Of a stretch of DNA of 64,000 nt, positions 1 through 9,611 are shown piece after piece. This DNA is from an uncultured bacterium (lineage in GTDB: Bacteria; Patescibacteriota; Minisyncoccia; UBA6257; 2-01-FULL-56-20). The stretch is taken from assembly GCA_963768625.1 (NCBI GenBank), contig CAVYIK010000003.1, forward strand, positions 326,715 to 390,714. The letters run 5' to 3'. The notes under the pieces were generated by a model that had not been told where the DNA came from, did no database searches, and saw only the letters and a list, made by a program, of their open reading frames with translations. Both the position numbers and the translations under genes were made by a program. Every line of letters starts with the position of its first letter. Positions within the stretch are counted from its first letter, which is position 1.

Positions 1-172
1 GTAGAGCTCAAGCCCGTTCTGCATCTCGCGGAGGTCGGAAAGCCGCCGCGCGTCGCGGCCTGCCTGCTGGGTCGGGCCCAGACCGACCAGCACGACCGAC
101 GCCAAAATGGCGATGATCGCGACGACGATCAGAATTTCAATAAGGGTAAAGCCCTGTCTTTCCTTTATTCAT
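1..172 (-). CDS. type IV pilin-like protein, N-terminal part (runs off the window edge)
   Basis: Reverse strand encodes GFTLIEILIVVAIIAILASVVLVGLGPTQQAGRDARRLSDLREMQNGLELY, a prepilin N-terminus. The ATG at 172..170 (MNKGKT) is out of frame by one G in a GGG run just before the G-F-T codons. Confidence 0.7.
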
Positions 173-263
173 TTTCTTTAGATAGAAAATCTTTTCGACC
201 TTTCAAATGATTACTTTTCCATTATACCATAGCGATTTGCGGAGCCGGCAACCTGTGGAAAAC

Positions 264-1495
264 CTACGTGGATGATTTCGCCGTGAGGTTATAGATCGGG
301 ATAAGGATGGAGGCAAAAAGAAGCCCGACCATGAGGCCCATGCCGATCATGAGCACCGGCTGGATGAGATCCACGAGATTGTTCGTCACCTGGTCGGCCT
401 CGCGCGTATAGATGCCGGAAAGGCGGGTGAACATTTCCTCGATCTTCCCGGTCGTCTCCCCCACCGCGACCATCTGCGAAACGAGCGGCGGGAAGAATTC
501 CGGATGCGCTGCGATGCTCTCGGAAAGCAGCTTCCCTTGCCGCACGTCCTCCGCGATGTCATGGATCACGTCTCGATAGAGGACGTTCCCCACCATGTGG
601 CCGATGATCTCCAGCGACTGCGCGATGGGAATGCCGCCGTGCACGAGGAGCGCCGCCGCGTTCCCGAACCGCGCCATGATGACGGGCAGATATACTTTCT
701 TTGCGATCGGCAGGCGGATCTTCGCGTCGTCAAGCAAGCGCCTTCCCTTCGTCGGTCCCGAAATAGTCAACGACGACAACGCCGAGGACAACGACCGCCG
801 ACGACGACGACGATCCACCACTTGCGCAAGAAAGTTCCCGGTCGTCAAGAAGTGCCTGCGTGTACCACGGGAGCTGCACGCCATTCTGCGCGAAGACCGA
901 CGCCGATGGACGGGAAGACAAAGGTGAGAAGGATGAACGCGACGACGATGAAGAGCGCGAGCGACGATGCGCGGGATAGATGAGCGCCGACGACGCCTTG
1001 CTCGCAAGGTCGCCTTCTTTTTCGGTATAGTCGGCAAGGAATCTCGCGACCTCGTTCAAGTTTCCCGTCACCTCCGCGGCGCGCACCATCTCAACATAAA
1101 AATCGGGGAATATCGTTCCCCTGCCGCTCCATCGCCTGCGAAAACGAAAGTCCGGCATCGATATCCTCCGTCACCTGGAAGATCGCTTCTTTCAGCAGCT
1201 GGTTCGTCGGTCTGCTCGCGGAGGATCTTCAGCGCGTTGTTCGAGCGGCAGTCGCGCCTCGAGGAGCGTCGCGAGCTGGCGCGCGAAGATGACCATGTCT
1301 TTGCGTCTCACGCGGTTAAAGAACGCCGACGATCGCGGTCGAGCGACGCCCGGCGCTCTCGGTCGATTCGACGCTCAGCACAAAAAGGTCGTGGCTCGCA
1401 AGGATCGTCGACCGCGCTGTCGCGGTTCCGCCGCCTCCACGAATCCCACCTGCGTCTCGCCTTCTTTGTGTTTTGGCCTGATATTTGAACTTCAT
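264..1495 (-). pseudogene. pilC: type IV pilus platform protein PilC (GspF family), frame broken several times
   Basis: ORF pieces 264..1037 and 730..1158 carry GspF-like sequence (FPDFYVEMVRAAEVTGNL..., ...LIQPVLMIGMGLMVGLLFASILIPIYNL). The N-terminus from ATG 1495 (MKFKYQAK / KEGETQVGFVEAA / NRDSAVD / ILASHDLFVLSVES) switches between all three frames within about 150 nt. Confidence 0.8.
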
Positions 1496-1505
1496 ACGAT
1501 ATCAG

Positions 1506-2587
1506 TTATGTCCGCTCCAGAAGGATGCGGAGCTCCGCCGGGTTCAGCGAATAGAGTTCGGCGTTCTCAAGCGTGATCTCTTTGTTCTTCACGAGATTCA
1601 CGAGCGAGCGGTTCAGCGTCACCATGCCTTCCTGCAAGCACGTCTCGATCACAAGGTCGATCTGGTAGGTTTTCCGCTCGCGGATGAGGTTCCGGATGGC
1701 GGGGTTCACGATCATGATCTCCATCGCGGGAATGCGGCCGCCGGAGATGCGCGGGCAGGAGCCGCTCGGAAACGATCGCGACGAGCGTCGCGGCGAGCTG
1801 GGACGTCACCTGCCCCTGCTGTTCGGCCGGGAATGAATCGATGATGCGGTCGATGGTCTGCGAGGCGGAGTTCGTGTGGAGCGTGGAGAGCACCAAGTGG
1901 CCGGTCTCCGCCGCCGTCATCGCGGTGGCGATGGAAACTGCGTCGCGCATCTCGCCGATCATGACGACGTCCGGGTCCTGCCGCAGCACGGTGCGCAGCG
2001 CGGCGTGGAAGCTCGTGGTGTCGCTCCCCACTTCGCGCTGGGAGACGATGCACTTGTCCTGCGTGAAAAGATATTCCACCGGGTCTTCGATCGTAATAAT
2101 ATGGTCGGAGCGCGTGTGGTTCATCTCGTCCAGGATCGCGGCGAGCGTCGATGATTTTCCGTGCCCGGCCGGACCCACGACGAGGATGAATCCCTGCGAG
2201 AGCTTGGCGAAATCGTGAAGGAGCGGCGGAAGGTTCAGCTCTTCGATGGTCTTGATGCGCGCGGGCACGAGGCGCAGCGCCGCCGCGAGATAGCCGCGCT
2301 GGAAATAGACGTTCACGCGGAAGCGCGCCTTGTCCTCAAAGCTGTAGGCAAAGTCAATCTGCCGCTGGGTGATGAGCTTTGCCTTCTGTTCGCGGCGTGA
2401 TCGAGCTCGCCAACGATGCCCTCCGCCGATTTCCGGCGTCATGATCGGCTCCTTCTGGAGCGGCACAAGCACGCCGTCGATGCGCAAGCGTCGGCCGCCG
2501 GCCGACCGCAATGTGCAGGTCGGAAGCATTCTGCTTCGCGCACGCCGTCAGCAAGTCGTTCAGTTTTTGTTTATAATCTTCCGCCAT
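1506..2587 (-). pseudogene. pilT: twitching-motility ATPase PilT, frame broken at least 2-3 times
   Basis: N-terminal piece 2354..2587 (ASDLHIAVG), core in 1567..2529 (Walker A GPAGHGKSST, DPDVVMIGEMRD, LSTLHTNSA) and C-terminal piece 1506..1724 lie in different frames. Confidence 0.85.
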
Positions 2588-2600
2588 GGATTTGATTTTA

Positions 2601-4337
2601 TCACACTTCCTCGGTTTCCCGTATCACCTCCTCTATAGAAGTGATTCCGTCGAGCGCTTTCATGACGCCATCCTGCCGCAAGCGTGACCATCCCCTGCGT
2701 TTCGCCTCCGCGGTGATCTTCTGGGTGGTGCGCTGCCGCTCGCGATAATCTCCTCCAATGCCGGCGTCATCCGGAACACTTCGTAAATCGGCGGTGCGGT
2801 CCACGATCCCCTTGCCCTTGCAGGTGTTGCAGCCTTTGGTATGCCAGATCTTATAGGGCTTTCGGTATTTCGAAGTGATTCCGGCTTCAACTCCCTCAAG
2901 TGCGCGTACTGATCAACTTCTGGAGTTCCGGCGACGCCGTCTTCCTGGAACCTGCAGTCGGGACAGATCTGCCCGATCAGGCGCTGCGCCATCATCAGAT
3001 TGAGCGGACACGGGAAGGAGGAACGGTTCCACCTTCATATCAATGAGGCGCGGGATGACGCCTGCGGCATTGTTCGTGTGGAGGGTGGAAAGCACGATGT
3101 GGCCGGTGAGTGCCGCCTGCACGGCAAGCCCCGCCGTTTCGTTGTCGCGAATCTCGCCGACCATCACGACGTCAGGGTCCTGCCGCAGGATCTGCCGCAG
3201 GCCCGAAGCGAAATCATAGCCGATCTCCGGATGCACCTGCGACTGGTTCACGCCCGCGACGAAATATTCCACCGGGTCTTCCAGGGTCACGATGTTCACG
3301 TCCTCCTTGTTCAGCTTTTGCAAGAAAAGCATAGAGTGTGGTCGTTTTCCCGGAACCGGTGGGCCCGGTGACGAGCACCATGCCGAACGGCTTCTCGAGC
3401 CCCGCCTTGACGCTTCCAGGTTGCCGTAGCGGAGCGGAAGGTTCTCAAAGTCTTTGAGGCCGGTCGCGGGGTCGAGCACGCGGATGCGCCACCTTCTCGC
3501 CGAGCGGCGTCGGGAAGGTCGCGACGCGGAAATCGATGTCGCGGTCAAAGATCTTCGCGCGGAAGCGGCCGTCCTGCGGGATGCGTGTTCTCGTCGATCT
3601 TCAAATTTGAAATGACCTTCACGCGCGAAACGATCGGCTGCGCAAGCTCTAGCGGCAAGCGACGCCACCTGGTGCAGGTCGCCCTCGTTCCGGAAGCGGA
3701 TGCGCAGCGAATTCTGCTGCGGTTCGATATGGATGTCCGACGCCTTCGAGAGCACCGCCTCGCGGAAGGTGTCCGCGACGATCTTGATCATCGGCGCTTC
3801 TTCGTCGCTCTCGCCTGCCTTCCAAGGCTGATCGAGCTGCTGCGCGCGCCTCCCCTCCTTTTACGTTCGAGCGACTGCACCGCCTTCGCGATCTCCGTCC
3901 GATACGGCGAATATTTTTTCAGCACTGCCTCCCAATCGCCGTAAGAAATAAGATAGACGCCGAGGTTCAAATGGTTCTGCCGCGCGACGAACTTCAGCGC
4001 TTCCTGCGCTTTCGGGTCGTCCGGATGGACCATGCCGACGATGAGAAGATTGTCCTCGAGCGCGATCGGGATCGCCTCGTAGGTGCGCGCCGTCTCCTCC
4101 GGGATAAGTTCAAAAAGCTTCGTCATTGACGTCGGCCGGCGAAACTTTTTTATAGGGAACCTTGAGGAGCGCGCTCTTGAGCTCCGCGATCTTCACGTCA
4201 TCCACCGAGCGCTGTTTCGCAATGATCGCCTCTACGGATTCGCCGGCAACGAGGGCATCGCGCTTCAGTCGGGCCGCAAATTGAGCGTCCACAAGCCCGT
4301 GTGATTGCATTTGTGCGAGAAGTTCGTCGGAGGTCAT
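2601..4337 (-). pseudogene. pilB: type IV pilus assembly ATPase PilB (GspE family), many frame breaks
   Basis: Five ORF pieces in alternating frames (4110..4337, 3788..4126, 2913..3791, 2660..2995, 2601..2804). Motifs include LEDPVEY, DPDVVMVGEIRD, LSTLHTNNA and CPDC. Walker A VTGPTGSGKTTTLY is readable only in an alternate frame around 3340-3385. Confidence 0.85.
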
Positions 4338-4423
4338 ATGAGTATCTCTATTTTACCACACCTTGCCCCGCGGTTTCTCGCGAAACCGCGGGGAATGGGA
4401 CGAGGGGGACGAGGCCGTAAGCG

Positions 4424-4726
4424 CTATGGCGCGAGGAAGGGGTCCGGGCGGCCGACGGCGGCGGGGCCCTGCGGATTGGGCAGCGGGAAGGACGGGGACT
4501 GGAGCGAAACAAAGGAGGGGCTGTTCAGCACGTCTTCCGGATGCAGGGTCACCTGCGCGATCGGGGTGATGTACTGGAAACCTGCGGGCGGCGGGATGAT
4601 CACGTTCTCGGGCGTCACGAAGAAGATGTAGTAGATCGCAACGCCGATGATCAGGATGACCGAAAGCCATCCAAGAAGGCTCACGACATTCACTTTGCTT
4701 TTTTCTTCTTCAACAACGATAGCCAT
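4424..4726 (-). CDS. small single-pass membrane protein in the pilus operon
   Basis: 100-aa ORF with one hydrophobic helix (VVSLLGWLSVILIIGVAIYYIFF), packed between the pilO-like gene and pilB. Confidence 0.5.
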   Translation of the reverse strand: MAIVVEEEKSKVNVVSLLGWLSVILIIGVAIYYIFFVTPENVIIPPPAGFQYITPIAQVTLHPEDVLNSPSFVSLQSPSFPLPNPQGPAAVGRPDPFLAP

Positions 4727-4734
4727 GGTGTTAT

Positions 4735-5367
4735 TTAGGGAAGTTGATAATAGGTACCGATCGAAAAACTATAGGTAAAAAGGTCTGGCGTTGCAGCGGC
4801 GGCCCCTTTCCCGTTCGTGGACGGCGTGGCGGCGCCCTGGAGCGAGAGTGAAGTGAGATCGAAGATGCGGAGGTTCGTCTCAAGCTGGGCAAGGAAGTTC
4901 TTCATGCTCTCGTAGCTTCCTGTCGCGGTGAGCTGGATCGAGAACGTTCCCATCGGCTTCAAGATCTGGTTCGGCGTGAGCGACCCCCCGGCCCCCGCTG
5001 CCTGCGCCTGGGACTGGAGCGAAATGGTCGGCGGCCCCAGGCTGATGGCCGATATTGTAACGCCGTTGTTGGTGGCCACACCGTACACCTGCGCGAGCGC
5101 CGATGCGACATTCGGCCCCGTGGGCATGGCAAGTCCGAGGTTGTTCTGCGCCTGGCTTTCGCTTTCGTACTGGCTGATCAAGGTCTTCGCCTGATTCACG
5201 ACCTGCTGCTCGTTCGTCAAAAAGCTCTGGTCGCTCAATTGCATCCCTTTCTTTGTTTGTAGGTCACCGTAGGTCGGCTGGATCAGCTCAAAGAGAATAA
5301 GAAAGGCGGCCACAAGAAAGAAGAGGGCAAGGAGCATGCTGGTCAATCGTTTGGTGCCTTGTTTCAT
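4735..5367 (-). CDS. PilO-like pilus biogenesis protein
   Basis: N-terminal TM helix followed by a coiled-coil and a C-terminal alpha/beta region. Sits after pilM and the pilN-like gene. Confidence 0.6.
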   Translation of the reverse strand: MKQGTKRLTSMLLALFFLVAAFLILFELIQPTYGDLQTKKGMQLSDQSFLTNEQQVVNQAKTLISQYESESQAQNNLGLAMPTGPNVASALAQVYGVATNNGVTISAISLGPPTISLQSQAQAAGAGGSLTPNQILKPMGTFSIQLTATGSYESMKNFLAQLETNLRIFDLTSLSLQGAATPSTNGKGAAAATPDLFTYSFSIGTYYQLP

Positions 5368-5380
5368 GGGGTCGTCATTA

Positions 5381-5938
5381 TTATGGCGAAGCGCGGAGGA
5401 CCGCCGCCGGGATCACGACGAGCGAAACGTTGAATTGCCATTGGCCGGTCGTACCGACGAGAGACAGTCCCGAGAGGGTTACGGTCTTTACTTCGGGAGC
5501 CGCCTCAAAGATCGCCATTTGCTGGTTTATGTCTGCTTCGCTTTTCGCAATGCCCGAGGCCACTATCTGGTTTCCCGAAGAGAACGTCAGATGCTGATAA
5601 TAGACGTTCGCCTCGGTGTTCTTTTCGAGCCACGAGAGAAAATGGGAAAAGAGGACATGGTTCGCAAGTACGTTCTTCAAATTCGCGATCTCCGAATAGA
5701 ACGTGACGAGCTTCGTTTGGTCATCCGGGGAGATCGACTTGGCGAGCGTGTTGATCTGCGTGTTCACCTGCGCGATCTGCGAATCCAAATATGGTTCGTA
5801 GCCCCAGATGAGGCCGAAGTATGCCAAAAGGGCGACGCACAGAATTCCGCCCGAAAAAAGAAGTATGCCTAAAGACCATCCCGGCGTTTTGGGCGGTTCC
5901 CTGCCTAAGCGTTCGATGACCTGTTGTGGAAGGGCCAT
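5381..5938 (-). CDS. PilN-like pilus biogenesis protein
   Basis: Short cytoplasmic N-terminus, one TM helix and a periplasmic-type domain. Starts 2 nt after the pilM stop. Confidence 0.6.
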   Translation of the reverse strand: MALPQQVIERLGREPPKTPGWSLGILLFSGGILCVALLAYFGLIWGYEPYLDSQIAQVNTQINTLAKSISPDDQTKLVTFYSEIANLKNVLANHVLFSHFLSWLEKNTEANVYYQHLTFSSGNQIVASGIAKSEADINQQMAIFEAAPEVKTVTLSGLSLVGTTGQWQFNVSLVVIPAAVLRASP

Positions 5939-5939
5939 A

Positions 5940-6989
5940 TTATATAAATTCTTTCATACCGAGTCCCAAGGCTACGCTCATCACCGGATTTAGTTCTGCG
6001 ACGAGCGGCTCGATCTCGGAGGCGTACTCGAACCGGAGGAAAGGCGCCGCCTTTACGACCGGCAACGCGAACTCACGTTCACAATACTTCTCGATGCCGA
6101 GGAGGTTCGCGCCGCCGCCCGAAAGCACTACCCGCTCCACCTTCCGCGCCGCGGGGAATTGCTGGGCGTAGACGAACTGCGCTTTCTTCACCTCACTAAT
6201 TATAGCATCTAAAAACGGTAGCATTATTGTGGACAATTCATAGTTCGGGCCGGTCCCTATGATCCCCCGCTCCTTCTTGAGCTCCTCCGCGCGCAGCGGG
6301 TTCACCCCCAGGCTTGAGGCCAGCGCTTGCGTGAGCGAGGCGGAAGCAAAGTCGCTCTGCGAATTCCAGACGAGCTGGCCTTGTTCCAGGAAAACGATGT
6401 TCGTGGACCGGCTGCCGATGTCGACGACGAGCGTGGGCGTGGGGTCCCCGCCGAAGATCCGCGCGATGCTCAAGCTCTCGATCTCGAGCGCGCGGAGCAC
6501 GAGCCCTGCCGCCTTGAACATCCGCTGGTATTTCTCTATCTGCTCCTTCGGGACGGAGATGAGGAGTATTTTCTGATGGGCGAATCCCCGGTCGTCCTCG
6601 TACTCCCCGACCTTCAGCCAGTCAAGTGCCACCTCGGAGAGCGGCAACGGCACATATTGCTTTGCCTGGTAGACCATCGCCTTTTCCACCTCCTTCGGAT
6701 CCATCTGCGGGAAATCGAGCGCGGTCGTAAAAACGGAGAAGGGCGGGAGCGAGGCAACCGCAAGATTGGTGCTCGTCTTCATTTCTTTCGTGATCGCCTT
6801 CAGAAGCTCCACGATGTCCGACTCGAAAATCTTCAAACTGCTCGTTTGGAGCGCCTGGTTCGCGCGCGAAAGATAGCTGCTTGATTCCAAAAGGCCGTAG
6901 TTCACGACCTGTGGCCGCTGCTTGCCGCCTCTTACTTCGACCACCTTGATGGAGGTCGTGCCAATGTCGACACCAAGATAGTTCGCCAT
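5940..6989 (-). CDS. pilM: type IV pilus assembly protein PilM (actin-like ATPase)
   Basis: Intact 349-aa ORF. N-terminal phosphate-1 motif LGVDIGTTSIKVVEV and an actin/FtsA-like fold signature (VVDIGSRSTNIV, VVLSGGGANLLGI). Confidence 0.85.
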   Translation of the reverse strand: MANYLGVDIGTTSIKVVEVRGGKQRPQVVNYGLLESSSYLSRANQALQTSSLKIFESDIVELLKAITKEMKTSTNLAVASLPPFSVFTTALDFPQMDPKEVEKAMVYQAKQYVPLPLSEVALDWLKVGEYEDDRGFAHQKILLISVPKEQIEKYQRMFKAAGLVLRALEIESLSIARIFGGDPTPTLVVDIGSRSTNIVFLEQGQLVWNSQSDFASASLTQALASSLGVNPLRAEELKKERGIIGTGPNYELSTIMLPFLDAIISEVKKAQFVYAQQFPAARKVERVVLSGGGANLLGIEKYCEREFALPVVKAAPFLRFEYASEIEPLVAELNPVMSVALGLGMKEFI

Positions 6990-7042
6990 GTTTTAATGAT
7001 TTTTTGTGCTGTTTTTCATCCCGAATACAGTATCATCATAAC

Positions 7043-7741
7043 ATGAATTTTGGATTCCTCACTTCGATTTTCTTCCCCCGGCGCTGCCTTGCTTGCGGCA
7101 CGGCAGTGCGCGAGGGGACGCTCTGCGAACCCTGCCGCGCCGGGATCGCGATCCGCCGGACGCTCTTCTGCGGACAATGCGGCAGTGGCATCGCGACTGG
7201 CGCAGGCATCACGGCAAGCGCCTGCCATCCCGCCTTCCCCTATGTTCTTGGTGCTGCGGCACGCTACGAGGATAAAGCGGTCTCGGCGCTCATCCAGGCG
7301 CTCAAATTCCGGGGCAGGAAAGCCGCTGCGGCGTCGCTCGCGTCCATTGCGACGGAATATCTTCTCCCGTTCAAGACATCTTTCGCAAGCTATACCATTC
7401 TGCCGATACCCCTTTCCCGCGAGCGCGGGCGCAAACGCGGCTTCAACCAATCGGAGCTTATCGCCCGGCCGCTGGCCGAAACTCTCGGTCTGCCCTGCGA
7501 CACGCAATGCCTTATGCGGATAAAACATACAAAACCCCAGACGGATACGAAAAGCGCCGCGGAACGCAGGGAGAACATCCGCGGCTGCTTCGCGGTCGCT
7601 TCCCCTTCTGTGGCCCGGGGGCGGAATATCATTTTAGTTGATGACGTAAGCACCTCCGGCGCGACGTTCCTTGAGGCAGCCCGGACGCTCAAAGCTGCAG
7701 CGGCGGGGACGATCGTTGCCTTTGCCGTTGCAAAAGCATAA
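7043..7741 (+). CDS. comF: ComF family protein (phosphoribosyltransferase domain)
   Basis: N-terminal CxxC...CxxC zinc-finger-like region and a C-terminal PRTase motif NIILVDDVSTSGATF. ATG at 7043 chosen over the ORF-track start. Confidence 0.8.
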   Translation: MNFGFLTSIFFPRRCLACGTAVREGTLCEPCRAGIAIRRTLFCGQCGSGIATGAGITASACHPAFPYVLGAAARYEDKAVSALIQALKFRGRKAAAASLASIATEYLLPFKTSFASYTILPIPLSRERGRKRGFNQSELIARPLAETLGLPCDTQCLMRIKHTKPQTDTKSAAERRENIRGCFAVASPSVARGRNIILVDDVSTSGATFLEAARTLKAAAAGTIVAFAVAKA

Positions 7742-7764
7742 CCCGTTTCTGGTACTATAAAGGG

Positions 7765-8232
7765 ATGGTACCGTTCCAAATGACATGGGAAGCTCCGGAG
7801 TACGAATATCGCGAAAAGGGCCCTTCGTGGTATTGGTCCTCTATCATCGTCGCCGCGCTTTGCGTCGCCTTCGCCGTATGGCAAAGGAACTTCCTCTTCG
7901 GCTTCTTTGTGATCGTCGCCGAAATACTCTTCATCATTTGGGGCAATCGCGCACCGCGCACAGTATCCTTCATGCTCACCGAAACGAACTTCGTGATCGG
8001 CAACGAAAAGAACCGCCTCCTGAAGGAATTCGAGACCATGAGCATTGATCCCCTGGGAACGGACTGGAACGAGATCGTGTTTACGTTCCACGCGAAACTA
8101 AAAACGCCCTTTAAGATCCTTGTCCCGGAGAGCCGCATTGCCGAGTTCCGCGACCGCATGAAGACCTTGGTGAAAGAAGTGCCGCACGAACCGACGTTCC
8201 TTGATGCCATTGAAAAACTGCTCCGCTTTTAG
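7765..8232 (+). CDS. hypothetical membrane protein (2 TM)
   Basis: 155-aa ORF with two adjacent hydrophobic helices. No family recognised. Confidence 0.45.
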   Translation: MVPFQMTWEAPEYEYREKGPSWYWSSIIVAALCVAFAVWQRNFLFGFFVIVAEILFIIWGNRAPRTVSFMLTETNFVIGNEKNRLLKEFETMSIDPLGTDWNEIVFTFHAKLKTPFKILVPESRIAEFRDRMKTLVKEVPHEPTFLDAIEKLLRF

Positions 8233-8261
8233 TATCGTAAGGTTACCCTTTCGTATCGAAT

Positions 8262-8333
8262 GCCCTCGTCGTTCAACGGATAGGACGCAAGATTGCGGAT
8301 CTTGTAATCGAGGTTCGATTCCTCGCGGGGGCA
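8262..8333 (+). tRNA. tRNA-Arg (anticodon GCG)
   Basis: Hand-folded cloverleaf. Acceptor gccctcg/cgggggc, anticodon stem caaga/tcttg, loop ttGCGga, T arm cgagg-ttcgatt-cctcg. Confidence 0.85.
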
Positions 8334-8348
8334 CCCATAAAGAATAAA

Positions 8349-9407
8349 ATGCTGCTGCCAGCGAAAACGTCCAACAAGATGACGCCGTTCAAGATGGCGT
8401 GGTGGAAACACCTCGGCGTCGCAGGCGTCTTGAGCGTCGCGGTGCTGTGCCTAATAAGCTTCGCGATCGGATGGATCCTTCCTCCCCCTACCGTCCCCGA
8501 GGTAACCCCGCGGCCGCTCCGCGCAACCGGTTATGCCTTCATCAGTCCTCTCCTTTCGTGCAATTTCAACGCGCTGAAGGTCATCCCCGAAGCCCAGACG
8601 ATCAGCGATGATATCACGAAAGTTATTCAGCAACACGAGCAAGCGGGGGACATTACGAAGGCCTCGACGTTCTTCGGGGACTTCGCAACGAGCGCCTGGT
8701 CCGACACATTCCAGAATGAGACCTACTATCCCTCCAGTATCACAAAGATCCCGATCATGATGGCGTATCTCGCGATGGCGGAATCCTCGAGCACGGTGCT
8801 TGATACGCCGATCACCTATCCCGCGGGGAGCTCCGACCTGAACGACGCCCAAGAAACCAAGCCCGAAGCATCGCTCGTCCCCGGCCAGACCTATACGGTG
8901 GAGGAACTTATCGAGCATATGATCAAATACTCGGACAATAATGCTGCAGCGCTCCTCTTTAACGCACTTGATCCCAATACGCTCCGCGAGGTCTATACCG
9001 AGCTCAACATTCCCATCAATCCCGACCCGACCGTTTCGAACCTTGATTTCATCACTCCGACGCAGGTCAGCATTCTTTTCCGCGTGCTCTATAATTCGAC
9101 CTATCTTTCGCGCGACGATTCCGAACGGGCGCTCGACCTCTTGAGCCAGACCACATTCACAGAAGGCCTCGTCGCCGGCGTTCCTACGGGGACTACCGTC
9201 TCTCACAAATTCGGCGTCGTGGGCATCGTGACGGACGGCGTAGAGACCGGGCGTGAGCTCCACGACTGCGGCATCGTCTATGCCCCCGGCCACCCTTATA
9301 CGCTCTGCGTGATGACGCGCGGCACTTCAGGCTTGACGAGCATGGAAAGCGTCATCTCCGATATTTCGAAGACGGTCTATGAAGACGTTGAAAACGGAAA
9401 AGAATAA
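8349..9407 (+). CDS. class A beta-lactamase-like serine hydrolase, membrane anchored
   Basis: SxxK (SITK), SDN (YSDN) and a KTG-like HKFG motif in the expected order, with an N-terminal TM anchor. The start could be 8349, 8379 or 8394. Confidence 0.6.
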   Translation: MLLPAKTSNKMTPFKMAWWKHLGVAGVLSVAVLCLISFAIGWILPPPTVPEVTPRPLRATGYAFISPLLSCNFNALKVIPEAQTISDDITKVIQQHEQAGDITKASTFFGDFATSAWSDTFQNETYYPSSITKIPIMMAYLAMAESSSTVLDTPITYPAGSSDLNDAQETKPEASLVPGQTYTVEELIEHMIKYSDNNAAALLFNALDPNTLREVYTELNIPINPDPTVSNLDFITPTQVSILFRVLYNSTYLSRDDSERALDLLSQTTFTEGLVAGVPTGTTVSHKFGVVGIVTDGVETGRELHDCGIVYAPGHPYTLCVMTRGTSGLTSMESVISDISKTVYEDVENGKE

Positions 9408-9428
9408 CGTATAATAGGAAGCGCAGTT

Positions 9429-9500
9429 GCGGGTATCGTATAGCGGCTATTATGTAACCTTGCCAAGGTTAAGATACGGGTTCGACTCCCGTTACCCGCT
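9429..9500 (+). tRNA. tRNA-Gly (anticodon GCC)
   Basis: Acceptor gcgggta/tacccgc, anticodon stem taacc/ggtta, loop ttGCCaa, T arm acggg-ttcgact-cccgt. Confidence 0.85.
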
Positions 9501-9505
9501 CAGCA

Positions 9506-9577
9506 GGCAGCAAGTAAGAAGCGCTTCGGGAAGAGTACTAAGAAGGGCTCTTCCCGAAGCGCTTCTTACTTGCTGCC
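9506..9577. repeat. long perfect hairpin H1 (30-bp stem, 12-nt loop tactaagaaggg)
   Basis: Left arm 9506..9535 is the exact reverse complement of right arm 9548..9577. Lies between tRNA-Gly and the converging sortase gene. Confidence 0.9.
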
Positions 9578-9611
9578 CGGTTGGCGCGATGACGGGAATC
9601 GAAGTTCCGCG

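Noticed and set aside
264-4337. Alternative genetic code (for example UGA read as Gly, as in some CPR relatives) as the explanation for the broken pilus and other genes.
   Set aside because: The conserved protein sequence continues in a different reading frame, not after an in-frame stop. TGA and TAA also terminate intact conserved genes here, such as dcd and rpsO.
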